The translations under genes and the position numbers were made by a program. The notes below the pieces were generated by a model. That model saw only the letters and a program-made list of their open reading frames with translations, did not search any database and had not been told where the DNA came from. Source: Ranitomeya imitator (lineage: Eukaryota). Taken from it: 64,000 bases of DNA. Of this stretch, positions 1 through 11,580 are shown piece by piece. The stretch lies in NCBI RefSeq assembly GCF_032444005.1, contig NC_091287.1, forward strand, positions 469,960,001 to 470,024,000. Reading direction: 5' to 3'. Numbering within the stretch: position 1 is the first letter of the stretch; each line of letters starts with the position of its first letter.

Positions 1-264
1 GAGCGCAGAGACCTGGACTTTCAGAGTACTGGGTTTTAGACCAATTTCTAGGCCTCTTTGTAAAAAGTCTAATATCTTAGATATATCTGGCCTGAGAGGG
101 TCTGGAGGGTTAGGCAGACAAAAAGATGAAATTTTTTTCCAGATTTTATTATAAATAGCATTTGTTACCGGTTTTCTGGATTTTTGAAGAGTAGCTATAA
201 CAGGGTTTGATAACCCTTTCGCTCTCAGCACGTTGGCTTCAGAAACCACGCCGCTAAATTCCAT
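1..264 (-). CDS. DIRS-A tyrosine recombinase, N-terminal part (open at window edge)
   Basis: Manual translation MEFSGVVSEANVLRAKGLS...LKPSTLKVQVSAL matches DIRS-B YR (LSPSTLRVQVSAL); overlaps the end of the RT ORF. Confidence 0.8.
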   Translation of the reverse strand, partial: MEFSGVVSEANVLRAKGLSNPVIATLQKSRKPVTNAIYNKIWKKISSFCLPNPPDPLRPDISKILDFLQRGLEIGLKPSTLKVQVSAL

Positions 265-2109
265 CTCTGAGGATCCGAGTGAAGAACTGGGCCCTGGGAA
301 AGGAGATTGGCCTTTATCGGTAACATTATCGGTCCGTCCACCTGAAGTTGAACAATCAGGTTGAACCAACTTCTCTTGGGCCAAAATGGAGCAACCAAAA
401 TAGTTGGAGTCTTTTCTATCCGAATTTTCCATAGCACCTTTGCAAGAATCGGAATGGGCGGAAATGCGTACGCCAGATGAAAATGCCAATCTTGAACTAA
501 GGCATCTACTGCTCTGGGATTTCCTCTTGGATCCAGGGAAAAAAATATTCCTACTTTCGCATTCTGGTGAGAAGCAAAGAGGTCGACCTCCGGGAGACCC
601 CATCTGTTTACCAAAAAGTTGAAAGTTTGCCGATCCAGACCCCATTCGCCTGGGTGAATATCCTGTCGGCTCAAATAATCTGCCTGAAAATTGGCAGTAC
701 CTTTTAGATGAGTTGCCGTCAGAGACAGTAAATGTTTCTCGGCCCAGGCAAAGATTCGGGCAGAGATATTTTTTAGGCTGGTGAATCTTGTACTGCCCTG
801 ATGCCTGATGTGAGCCACCGTGGTCATGTTGTCCGAGTATATCTGGACATGTTGTCCAGAGAGTTGATGATTTGCTGCAAGGAGAGCTTCTTCCACAGCT
901 TTGAGTTCTCGGAAGTTTGATGATCTCTCTCTGATTGACGGGTCCCAAAGACCCTGATAAGGAACATGATTTACCATGGCTCCCCAGCCTCTCTTGCTGG
1001 CATCTGATTTGATTGTGGTTAACGGGAATTGAATCCAACTCACACCCCTGCGAAGGTTTTCGGACTTCATCCACCACGTTAGGGATGCTTTCACTCGACC
1101 TGGAGTGTGAATCCTCTTGTTTAAAGAGCCAGGACGACCATCCCAATTGTCTAGCACATGGGTCTGGAGAATTCTTGAGTGGGCTTGAGCCCAAGCCACC
1201 GACTGAATGCAGGCTGTCATGGAGCCTAATAGTGACATTCCTTCCCGGAGTGTGGGAGATCTCATCTCCTTGTATTTTTTGACCTTTACTACTAATGGTA
1301 GTCTGTGATCTTCTGGAAGGAAGGACATCTGTTTTTCCGAGTCCAGTATTACTCCCAAAAACTTTCTGGTTTTTGAGGGTTGAAGCTGGGATTTCTTTAT
1401 GTTTGGTATCCAACCCAGAGACTTCAATATCTCTAATGTGGTTGATACATGAGATACCAGGGTCATTTTGGTGGGAGCCACTATCAGCAGATCGTCCAGA
1501 TAAGGCACTATACAAACCCCTTGTCTCAGAATGAATGACACGGCTTCCGCCATTACTTTGGAGAACACTCTCGGAGCTGATGAGATGCCGAAGGGAAGGA
1601 CTCCAAACTGATAGTGCTCCACCTGATGATTCCCCTGAATCGCAAACCTGAGATATTTTTTGTGTTTCGGGTGAATAGGGATATGAAAATACGCATCTTT
1701 CAGGTCGATTGTCGCCATAAAGGCGTGCTGATGTATTAAAGGAATGGCTGATTTTACAGACTCCATCTTGAATCTTCGATATTTTACATGTTGATTCAGA
1801 CCCTTTAGATTTATGAAGATACGTACTTCCCCTGATGGTTTTGGTACCAGAAATAAACGGGAATAATGTCCCTGACCCCATTCTGACTGTGGAACTGGGG
1901 AGATCACATTTGATTTTAAAAGGTCTCAGACCCAGAGTAAGCAGTTTGTGATCCCTCATTGAGAGGGTGGTAATCGTTAGACCCTGAGGGGGGGAGAAGT
2001 TAACTCGATCAATAGGCCATCCTTGATAACATTGAGGACCCAGTGGGAGCTGGTGATGTTTTCCCACTGATCCACATATTTTGAGAGTCTTCCCCCCACC
2101 GGGTCGGAG
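225..2109 (-). pseudogene. DIRS-A RT / RNase H / methyltransferase-like ORF with two compensating indels near the N-terminus
   Basis: YLDD, LPFG, SDAS, DNMT, DLFAS...YAFPP motifs; the VGGRL N-terminus (2099) is in the same frame but separated by stops at ~1930-1979, which a 1-nt shift between the C7 run (~1990) and ~1925 removes. Confidence 0.85.
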
Positions 2110-3511
2110 TCATTGTTTATCTTGCTGGAATGACTGTTGCTGCTGCTGCTGTTGTTGAGGGACAAAGATATTTTTCCCTCTGCCTTGAGCATAGCTCCAC
2201 CTGCCGGTCTTGCCTTTACCCCTCGGCTGAGAGGGCCGAGACAGTGGGGCACGAAAAAACCGTTTCCTTGGTTGTTTTTGGTCCGGGAGTGCCTTTTTCT
2301 TGTCGGTCGCTTTATCCAAAATGTCGTCTAAAGCTGGACCAAACACATAGTCTCCCTTAAAGGGGATGGCACATAACTTGGCCTTAGACGTGATGTCACC
2401 ACTCCATAATTTAAGCCAGAGGGCTCTTCTGGCAGAGTTAGAGAGCACTAAAGATCTGGCGGCAATTCTAACTGATTCCAGAGAAGCATCCGCCAGAAAC
2501 CCAGTAGCCTTATGTAAGATAGGGAGAGAATCCAACATCTCACTTCTGGAGGTACCCTGAGAAATGTGCGATTCTAATTTCTCCAGCCAACAGGAAAGGG
2601 TCCTCGCTACACAGGTGGAGGCAATATTAGCCTTGAGGACAGAAGAAGAAGACTCCCATGATTTCTTCAGGAGACTCTCAATCTTCCTATCCATAGGGTC
2701 TTTCAACTGCGACGCATCCTCAAAGGGGAGAGCAGTTCTTTTGGCGACTCTGGCCACCTGCACATCCACCTTGGGAATGTAGAGTTTGACAAGGTCACCT
2801 TCTAGAGGAAATCTATGTTTTATCTCAGAAGGCATACTAAGGCGCTTCTCAGGGAGTTCCCACTCTTGCTCAATCATATTAATAACATTTGCATGAACGG
2901 GGAATCCTGCCTTCTTCTCCGATCTGAGCCCACCAAACATATGATCCTGTATGGACTGTGGTACAGTTTCCTCTTCAAGCCCCATGGTATTACGAACAGC
3001 AGACACCAGGTCCTCAATATAATCCGCGGAGAAGAGGTATTTCCTGACCTCAGCCTTAGGGGATGCTGGATCTTCCCAGCCAGCAGATGAAGAAAAAGAG
3101 TGGTCTGAATCCGAATCCGATTCAACGACCTGAATCTTCCTCTTCTTAGCTGGGGAATGTGGTGGTGGAGGCGGGGGTGGAGGTGTGAAGGCTGCCAAGG
3201 AAGATTGTACCTCCTGTTTAACAAGAGAGCGTATCTCATCTAGAAGGGATGGTTGCTCGGCTTTTACTATCTTGTCGGTGCATGGCTGACATAGTTTTTT
3301 ATCCCAAGTAGGAGGGAGCTTTGCAGAACAGACCGGACACTTCTTCCTAATAGCAGCTCTAGGGGCAGACTTTTCTCCCTGAAACAGAGAGGGAGAGAAG
3401 AATGAGGAGCTAACCCCTAAAAAAACTACCTCCCGGATCCAGACCCTGCATACTCACAGTAGCAGGGGTAGCGCTGGGCTCCGCAGACGCAGGGCACAAA
3501 GAACCATCCAT
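2110..3511 (-). CDS. DIRS-A ORF1 (gag-like, C4 zinc finger); predicted exons 3458-3511 and 2110-3378
   Basis: Frame open from 3378 (GEKSAPR...CPVC-x12-CQPC...) into ORF 2110-3198; upstream ATG exon MDGSLCPASAEPSATPAT joined by a 79-nt GTGAGT...TTTCAG phase-0 intron. Confidence 0.7.
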
Positions 3512-4654
3512 ACTGAAGAGATTATAGTCTTACCTTCAGTGGTGGTTCAGCAGGCTTTTATGGAGTAGGTCTCCCAGCACCTGCCTCAAGCGATAGGGTT
3601 TTCCCCTCCTCCTCCTCCTCCAGGATCCACGTGTGGGACGCCATTGGCACCGACACCGCCGCCGGCGAAACCCAGAAGAGCCGGCTTCAGGGAGATACGA
3701 AAAACGGAAGTGACGCACGCGCGACCGCTGACGTCACTTCCGGAACGCCGAACCGAGCAGCATGGAGGGAGGAAGCCGGGAAGCTCAGAGAGGATCCCGG
3801 CTGGGGATCCCGGCCTGCTTTACCCTCGCGGGGGCGCAGGAAGGCCGGGAAGGGTCCCGATGTACCTGCCAAGCAGGACGGCGGGAGCAGCCCACGGAGA
3901 GGCACAAGGCGACCCCAGCTGCCCGGCTGAAACACAGGTAGGACCTGAAAAATGACTGTAGCCACCGGCCACTACAGCATATGGAACCTCTCCCTGTCCC
4001 ATGGGGAACAGGAAAGACACTGGTGAATGGGAGGTGCTTTTAACCTCTCTTGTGTTTCCTGTTCCCCATTAGGGCAAAGAGACAACCTCCCTATGCCGTC
4101 GTGGAAGGTGACTAGAGAAATACAGGCAGATACATATCCATCATGTAATAAGAACCGAGAGACGTCTGATTGGCTTCAAATCTATTCTGCAGCAGAAGAA
4201 CCCAAACATATAGGCAATGTCATTAAGAAATATCTTCAGTGTAAAGGAAATGAACCCTGAAGTGATTAATTGACCCGCAAGGTGCCCTGATCTCACCATC
4301 ATATACACCATGTTGGATTACATAAAGAAGCAGAAGGATTTGCATGAGCCTACATCGACAGGTGATCCGTGCTTAGTTCTCCAAGATGTCTGGAGGAAGC
4401 TTCCTGTGGAGTTCCTTCAGAAACTGTGTGTTCTTTTGAAGATAAATAATGGTCACAGCAAATAATGATATCAATTACAATTGTCTGTCTTCTTTCATTG
4501 ATTTTGTAATTGATAAAAAAAACTATTAAAACACTTCTGTTATTGAAAACATTCTCATTTTGTTTTTTCCGCACCTGTCTAAAACTATCACAGTACTGTG
4601 TATAATATACATATATATATTAAACCCTTTCCTTTCATATGTAAATGTACTTAC

Positions 4655-4836
4655 TCGCCATCTTGTTCAGGTTTTGTACAAACACAGTGGAATTTGCCTC
4701 CGAAATCGATGTACAGGTCATTGTCCACAACTTGGAAGATTGTTCCGGCCACTACCTTATCCTTAGCAGGTCCCAGCTGTATAAGTGGGGAATGGCGGAG
4801 TAAACTGGCAAAGCTTTCTTTGTCACTGGCAGCACC
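4655..4836 (-). CDS. MRPS28: Mitochondrial ribosomal protein S28 (bS1m), exon 2
   Basis: [60 protein letters not shown](E), recognisable MRPS28 S1 domain; TTTCCAG acceptor, GA|GTAAGT donor; exon 3 not in the window. Confidence 0.93.
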
Positions 4837-5879
4837 CTGGAAAGACAGACCGTAAGGAATAATGATTAAAAAATGGTAGACAGCAAAGTACAATTATGTA
4901 CAGAAGAAACAAATGGCCGCACAGCACACACAGAGATGGCCTCCTCCAGAATAAGCAGCATGGATTACATTGTACAGAAGTACTGAGCAGTGTGGCTGTG
5001 AGTCAAACACTGGAGAGCGCAAAACAGTTGCCTGAAACTCCATCTGCCTGCGTTTTCCTATATCTGCAGCTCAGTTTTCTAAATGCTCCTTAGACCCCCA
5101 CTCCTCTCCAAAGAGTAGAAAAGGCTCTGTGACCTGACACCTCCGTGCTGACCATTGAAGAGGAAGTTCACACATGTCGGTTTTACGGCCAATTTTACGG
5201 TGTTTTTGGTGCCTAAAATATGGAGCATTTTAAACTACCAGCACATTCAATGAAATTTTGGAAATCTACGCTAAGTTTTTGCCATAAAATAGCATGCTAA
5301 TTTTTACAACGCTTTCACAGAATGTTTTACCCATTCAAGCAAATGAATAATAAAAAAAGCAAAAACACTACAAAAAATGTATCTAAAAACGCAACAAACA
5401 TGCGAGGAATGTATGGAGGAAGAAAGCAACAAGTGAAGATACCATTCTGCCATTTTTTTTTTTTTTATAGTGGATTGTGAGATCAGGAGGCAGGGGAAGA
5501 AGCAGGTTATTGGATAAGATAGATTATAAACTTTCTTATATTGCCTTGTACTACTGATTTAGGTAAACGACAGTCACCATTTAGGACCCAAAAATGCCTG
5601 GTCATTAAAGTGGCAGTCTTTACTTCTTAAATGGATGAACATGTAAACTGCTTGCAAAACCAAGTAACTTTGTAATTTACTCCTTATAAAAAAAATCCAC
5701 TCTATTCTCAGCAGGGAAGGGATTTTACAGTTTACTTGTTCCTAGCCTACCGGCCACCAGCCTATCGCCTCTTATAGAAGAACTCGCTTGCTATGCTCTG
5801 AAGCTGGCAGGTGATCGCTTGGTCTGGCCAGCTCCAGTGTCCAGTGGTTTGTACAAAAGCCTTTGTGGGTGATGAAGAA

Positions 5880-6693
5880 TGGAGAAACTAGTCACATGCA
5901 TTGCTCAGGTGTGATTTTCGCCTGTTCCTCCACACAAACACTCTTCACATCCTGAAGGTTCGGTGGATTTCCTCTATGAACTCTGAGCTTTAGTTCCTTC
6001 CACACATTTTCTATAGGATTCAGGTCCTGTGATCGGCTTGGCCACTCTAGCAGATTTATTTTTGTTCTCTGAAACCAACTGAACATTTCCTGATGATCCA
6101 GCGGTGTGTCTGGGATCATTGTCTTGCAGAACTGTCCACTCTTGTTTCATCATCATTATCCTGGTAGATGGCAGCAAATGTTTATCAAGAATGTCTCGGT
6201 ACGCTTGTCCATTCATCCTTTCTTCAGTTATATGAAGTTTGCTAGTGCCATATGCTGAAATGCCCCACACCATGTTCCCACCTCCAAACTTCACTGTTGA
6301 TATGGTGTTTTTAGGGTGATATTTAGTGCCTTTTGGCCCCCAAACCTAGCATGTATTATGGCGTCCAAAGAGCTCAATTTTGGTCTCATCTGACCAGACG
6401 ACTATATTGTCCCAGTATTTCACAGGCTTGTCTAAATGATGTTGAGCAAACTTTAAACACACTTGAACATGCTTTTTGTTTAGCACTGGAGTCATGCCAG
6501 GTCAACGTACACACAGGCCACGGAGGACGAGTGCATCACTTCGAGTTTTCTTTTAAATAATTGTACCTGCTGATTCCAGGTCTTTCTGTAGCTCTCCACA
6601 GGTGGCCCTTGGCAACCCTTCTGATAATTTTTTTTCACTCCTCTGTCTGAAATCTTGCTGGGAGCACCTGATCGTGGCCAGTTTATGTGGAAA
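5880..6693 (-). mobile_element. Tc1/mariner relic, transposase part (split by DIRS-B)
   Basis: Broken transposase frames: KFGGGNMVWG, LQDNDPRH, WPSRSQDLNPIENVW; left boundary approximate. Confidence 0.85.
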
Positions 6694-6830
6694 GCATTAA
6701 GCTACTTACTGGTAGCGGCGTTTTTCGGAGGCCCATGACAGCACACGAGAGAGGGGATCCGCCCTTAAGGAACAGGAAACCTACAGATACAAAAGGGCGG
6801 CACCTCTCCCCATGCATCAGTTGTATTTCA
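6694..6830 (-). repeat. DIRS-B 3' inverted terminal repeat plus 3' extension
   Basis: 6732-6830 is the reverse complement of ~12184-12275; 6694-6740 is complementary to the ICR left half. Confidence 0.9.
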
Positions 6831-7004
6831 GAGCCTGAGAGGACTGCCGCGGTTAGTGGTACACAAATATACAATATATACATTATATACATTTGAAACA
6901 AAATAACCCATTATTGTAATAAGACACCATACGTGAGATTTACATATTACGCTATATACATATCAGGAAGTGCTACCCCCACGTGAATAGGGAGGGAACT
7001 AAGG

Positions 7005-7088
7005 GTGCTGTCATGGGCCTCCGAAAAACGCCGCTACCAGTAAGTAGCTTAATGCTTTATTCGGACTCCCATGACAGCACACGAGAGA
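7005..7088. repeat. DIRS-B internal complementary region (ICR)
   Basis: GTGCTGTCATGGGCCTCC...TTAATGC|TTTATTCGGACTCCC...GAGAGA = complement of the 3' terminus fused at 7055/7056 to the complement of the 5' terminus. Confidence 0.92.
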
Positions 7089-7109
7089 TTTACAGAGATG
7101 TAAGCTACC

Positions 7110-8540
7110 TTAGGGAGGGACTATAGATTGTAGCACCCTTAACCCAAAGGAAAGATCAGAGGAGGACCCCAAATCCAACCGATAGTGTTTAAAGAAAGTG
7201 GAAGGGGATGACCATGTGGCCGCCTTACATATCTGCTCCACTGACACTCCAGATCTTTCTGCCCAGGATGACGCCATGGCCCGGGTGGAATGTGCCTTTA
7301 GGTTCTGCGGAGCTGGCCCCCCACCTGCTGTATAAGCTAGAGAGATAGTTTCCCTAATCCATTTAGCCAGTAAATATTTCGATACTCTAAATCCTTTCTT
7401 TGGACCTTGGAAGGAAAGAAGCAGTGCCCCATCCTTCTTCCAATTATCAGTAGCTGAAATATACTGAAGAAGAGATCTCCTGACGTCTAACGTATGAAGC
7501 TCCTGCTCTTTAGGATTAGAGGGATTAGGAATAAAGGACGGCAAAACTATCTCCTGTGATCTATGGAACCGTGTCGCCACCTTTGGCAGATATGCTGGGT
7601 CTGGTCTAAGGACTACTCTGTCTGACAAGATTTCAGTGTATGGAGGAGCTCTGGAAAGTGCCTGTATATCCCCTATCCTGCGAGCTGAGGTTATGGCGAT
7701 CAGGAAGGCTGTCTTAAGTGTCAACATTTTGATCGAGGCCTCCTGCAGAGGTTCAAAGGGGGGTTTAGTTAGAGAGGACAGAACTAAATTTAAATCCCAT
7801 GGAACTGTTCTGTCTTTATGCAGTGGTGTAGATCTACTAACTGCCTTCATAAACCTCGCTATCCAGTAGTTATTCGCTATATTACAGGAAAACAGGGCAC
7901 CTAAAGCTGAGACCTGTACCCTAAGGGTACTAGGAGAGAGTTTCAACTCGAACCCCTTCTGTAGGAACTCTAGGATTTGTTGTACTGGCACCCCGTCTTG
8001 GATATTAAACTTTGAACAAGACAAGAACTTTCTCCAAGTCCTAGAGTAGATTTTCGTAGTTACTTGCTTTCTACTCTTTAGGAGCGTCTCCACCAAGTTT
8101 GGAGAGAAGCCTTTTCCCACTAATAGTGACCGTTCAAACACCATGCCGTCAAATGGAGCCCCGTCACTTGTGGATGGGAGATCGGTCCCTGCGAAAGCAA
8201 GTTCGGGATCTCTGGCAGTACCCAGGGGACCGCTACAGACATTGTCTTGAGCCAGGCAAACCAGGTTCTTCTGGGCCAAAAGGGGGCGATAAGGATGACT
8301 TTCGCTCGATCCTCCCTGATTTTCCTCACCACTAGAGGTATCAGGTTCAGTGGTGGGAAAGCATAGGCTAGTGGAAAATCCCATTTCATGAGAAACGCGT
8401 CTACCGCCAGGGGATTCTCCCTGGGATTTAGGGAGCAAAAAAGTTTTACTTTTCTGTTGTTTCTGGTGGCGAATAGATCCACCACTGGTTGACCCCATCT
8501 GCGGACGACAAGATTGAAAATGTCCTCGTTGAGAGACCAC
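7110..8540 (-). CDS. DIRS-B tyrosine recombinase ORF (true start uncertain; overlaps RT ORF)
   Basis: ITSARRIGDI (R), KAHSTRAM (HxxR), ATWSS...TFFKHY (Y) catalytic motifs; no stops. Confidence 0.9.
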   Translation of the reverse strand: MVSQRGHFQSCRPQMGSTSGGSIRHQKQQKSKTFLLPKSQGESPGGRRVSHEMGFSTSLCFPTTEPDTSSGEENQGGSSESHPYRPLLAQKNLVCLAQDNVCSGPLGTARDPELAFAGTDLPSTSDGAPFDGMVFERSLLVGKGFSPNLVETLLKSRKQVTTKIYSRTWRKFLSCSKFNIQDGVPVQQILEFLQKGFELKLSPSTLRVQVSALGALFSCNIANNYWIARFMKAVSRSTPLHKDRTVPWDLNLVLSSLTKPPFEPLQEASIKMLTLKTAFLIAITSARRIGDIQALSRAPPYTEILSDRVVLRPDPAYLPKVATRFHRSQEIVLPSFIPNPSNPKEQELHTLDVRRSLLQYISATDNWKKDGALLLSFQGPKKGFRVSKYLLAKWIRETISLAYTAGGGPAPQNLKAHSTRAMASSWAERSGVSVEQICKAATWSSPSTFFKHYRLDLGSSSDLSFGLRVLQSIVPP

Positions 8541-10000
8541 TCTCCCTGTTTTAACACATTTCGGCTGAGGAAATCTGCTGCCACATTTTCTTTTCCTTTG
8601 ATGTGAAGAGCTGTCAAAGATAGAAAATTGAGCTCTGCCACCTGGAACAACCGATCCGTGATCTGCATTAAAGTTTCGGAACGAGTTCCCCCTTGCCGGT
8701 TTATGTAAGCGACCGCCACTCTGTTGTCCGACAGAATTCTGACGTGCTGGCCCTGCAGATATACGAGGAATTTTTTAACAGCCAGTTCAACCGCCAACAA
8801 CTCTCTTTGATTTGATGAAAATGTTGTGAAGGGTTCCCACTGTCCCTGGACCACCATGTCCCCCATATAGGCTCCCCACCCTGAAGAGCTGGCATCCGTG
8901 GTTATCACGTGGGTGACATCTATCATCCAGGGAACCCCTGCTGATAAATTTTGTTTATCTAGCCACCATCTAAGGGAATTCAATGTTATCGGCCTCAATG
9001 TCAATTTTCCATTCAATGCGCCTCCTAAGGCTCTGTCATGGAACAGGACTTCATTTTGTAGGGACCTGGTGTGGAACTGAGCCCACTTAACTGCTGGGAT
9101 GCAAGATGTGAGTGACCCAAGTAGAGACATTGCTTGCCTAAGTGTCATGGAAGGTGTATTGATTGCTCTTAATACAAAACTCTGAATTTGGTCCATTTTC
9201 TCTATAGGGAGGAGACACTGCTGTGTCACTGAATTCAACATTAACCCCAGGAATTTTTGAACATTTAGGGGCTGTAATTTAGATTTTTCAAAGTTTATGA
9301 TCCAACCCAACCGTTCTAGTTTGGTTTTAGCAATCTCCCATTGTGACAGACAATGATCTACCGAGTTACCTACAATGAGGAAATCGTCTAAGTAGGGGAC
9401 TATAAGGATATTTGACTCTCTTAAATGCGCCATAACTTCCGCAATTATTTTAGTAAACACCCTAGGTGCCGAGGTGATCCCAAAGGGGAGCGCTCTGAAT
9501 TGAAAATGTCGAATCCTACCCCCCATTAGTATCGCTACCCTCAGGTATCGTTGGAAATCAGCATGAATGGGTACATGATAGTAGGCATCTTTCAAATCCA
9601 CTACTACCATGAAACAGTTGTTGAAAAGCATTTTTATTGCCGAATTGATGGACTCCATTTTGAAAGTATGTTTCACCAAAAACTTATTGAGACCCTTAAG
9701 ATTTATAATGGTCCTGTAAGATTTATCAGGCTTCTGGATTAGGAACAGGGGAGAGTAAAACCCTTCCCCTGCCTGAGAATACGGCACTTCTACCAAAACA
9801 TTTTTGGAACAGAGAGTCCTCACTTCCTCTTCTAGGGCGAATTGTTCAGTGGGAGATGAGCGCCAGGGTGTTAACCTAAATTTGTCCTGTGGAATATGAA
9901 CAAATTCCAGCTTGAGACCATGGGAAACAGTGTCTTTTATCCAAACGCTGTTTGTGATTTTCGACCACTCTGCCGAGAAATGCAATAGTCTCCCTCCCAC
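8120..10000 (-). CDS. DIRS-B RT / RNase H / methyltransferase-like ORF
   Basis: DLKDAYY, LPFG, YLDD, TDAS, SDN, DLFA...YAFPP; 626 aa uninterrupted. Confidence 0.93.
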   Translation of the reverse strand: MGGRLLHFSAEWSKITNSVWIKDTVSHGLKLEFVHIPQDKFRLTPWRSSPTEQFALEEEVRTLCSKNVLVEVPYSQAGEGFYSPLFLIQKPDKSYRTIINLKGLNKFLVKHTFKMESINSAIKMLFNNCFMVVVDLKDAYYHVPIHADFQRYLRVAILMGGRIRHFQFRALPFGITSAPRVFTKIIAEVMAHLRESNILIVPYLDDFLIVGNSVDHCLSQWEIAKTKLERLGWIINFEKSKLQPLNVQKFLGLMLNSVTQQCLLPIEKMDQIQSFVLRAINTPSMTLRQAMSLLGSLTSCIPAVKWAQFHTRSLQNEVLFHDRALGGALNGKLTLRPITLNSLRWWLDKQNLSAGVPWMIDVTHVITTDASSSGWGAYMGDMVVQGQWEPFTTFSSNQRELLAVELAVKKFLVYLQGQHVRILSDNRVAVAYINRQGGTRSETLMQITDRLFQVAELNFLSLTALHIKGKENVAADFLSRNVLKQGEWSLNEDIFNLVVRRWGQPVVDLFATRNNRKVKLFCSLNPRENPLAVDAFLMKWDFPLAYAFPPLNLIPLVVRKIREDRAKVILIAPFWPRRTWFAWLKTMSVAVPWVLPEIPNLLSQGPISHPQVTGLHLTAWCLNGHY

Positions 10001-10012
10001 TGGAATTGCCAG

Positions 10013-11580
10013 TCATTGGTCTTGTTTTTTATTTTCCGTCTGGTTACGGCGAAACATGAGACCTGTACCTCGCTTTCGCCTATCCTCCCATCTGGGACGA
10101 TCTCTCCCTGGTGAAAAGGCTCGCTTTCCTCCCCGGTTGAACCTTCTTTTGTTGAAGGGACGACGGTATGGATTGAACAGGTTGGGAAACTTTTTCTTAT
10201 CATCTCCTGCTTTCTCCAGGAGTTCATCCAGGGTAGGCCCAAATAAATATTCGCCTTTACAAGGGATAGCGCAGAGCTTCGCTTTTGCCTGCATATCCCC
10301 CGGCCAGCATTTCAGCCATAGGGCTCTCCTTGCAGCATTAGAAAGTCCTGCTGCTCTAGCTGCCAACTTTACGGAGTCAATTGAGGCGTCTGATAAAAAA
10401 GCCGCCCCCTCCTGGATTACAGGTAATGCTGAGAGAATGGACTCTCTAGAGGCCCCTTGTTTTAATTGGGTCTCCAACTGGTCCAGCCAGACCATCATTG
10501 ACCTTGCCGTGCAGGTTGAAGCTACCGCAGGTCTTAAGGAGCCAGCTGCCATCTCCCAGGTTCCCTTCAGGAAGGTATCCACTTTCCTATCCAGGGGGTC
10601 TTTAAGTGTTCCCATATCTTCAAATGGGAGAGAAGATCGTTTAGCTACCTTGGCAATTGCTGCATCCAGCTTGGGTGCTTTCTCCCAGTTACCTACTGCT
10701 GGGTCATCAAAAGGGTATCGGCGTTTTTGCGCAGGTGGTAAGGAGCCTTTTCTCTCAGGTTTCCTCCATTCCCTATTAATAAGATCTTGTATTTTCTCAT
10801 TTAAAGGAAACACTCTGCGCTTCTTTTGCTCCAATCCACTGAACATCATTTGTTCTTTGGATAGTTGAGGCTTGGGTTCCGATATACCCATTGTGCCTCT
10901 GACCGCCTTTACCAATTTGTCTATCCTTTCTAGGGGTAGGCAAAACCGAGCAGCGTCTTCTTCCGAAGAGGAGGATGATGCTGCTGAATTGTCTGATTCT
11001 TCGGACTTGTCCTTTTCCACAGACGAATCAGATGCCCACTCAGTTCTCTGCCTAGAACCTCCTGACTGTGAAAGGTTTTTAAAGGACTCTTTAACCTCCA
11101 TTCTAATCATCTCCTTGAGACTGGCCGTAATAGAGGAGGATTCTTCGGCTACCTACGGGGATAAGTAAGGTAGACTAGAGTGTAAAATCTACATGCTATA
11201 CCCCCTCCCCTCCTTCCAGAACCTCACCGTCTGCTGGATACAGGGGTCACATAGTTTTTTAGGGTGTGAGTCAGGCAAGGGAACCCCGCAGATGGCACAT
11301 TCCCTATGCTTCGCCTTACTGACGTTTTTCCTTCCCTGCATAAAACACATGAGGGGAGACTAGTCACTAAGTGAACTTTCTCGAAGATCACTTACCAGTG
11401 GCTGCTCACACCCAGAAATACCGAAGCACGAGGGGGATCCTTTTTGACTGACCCTCCAGACCCCTGTCTGGAGGAGCTTCTGCGGCCCGAACCATCGCTC
11501 CTTTTTTCATGTTCCTTCTCCTTGGGTTTCTGGGATGCTTGTTCCAGCAGCACAACCTGCTGATCCTGATCTGAATCCAT
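10013..11580 (-). CDS. DIRS-B ORF1 (gag-like), predicted spliced: exons ~11396/11422-11580, 11228-11335, 10013-11152
   Basis: 108-nt exon GRKNVSKAKHRECAIC-x12-CDPCIQQT flanked by TGCAG and GTGAGG; a 75-nt intron with an in-frame TAG joins it in phase 0 to ORF 10013-11110; phase of the first junction ambiguous. Confidence 0.7.

Larger units (their letters stand above)
1..4120 (-). mobile_element. DIRS-type tyrosine-recombinase retrotransposon A (3' part runs off the window), in MRPS28 intron 2
   Basis: ORF1/gag-like, RT-RNaseH-MT and YR frames in DIRS order; 5' end reads TTTCTCTAGTCACC at 4120; 15-bp terminal hairpin 4001-4015/4055-4069. Confidence 0.9.

Noticed and set aside
1925-1995. Programmed recoding in the DIRS-A RT N-terminus
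   Set aside because: Two compensating 1-nt indels, one in a homopolymer; decay or sequencing error is more likely, and DIRS-B is continuous here.
3513-3533. GTAAGA...TTCAG 'intron' in the DIRS-A leader
   Set aside because: Only 21 nt, too short for spliceosomal removal.
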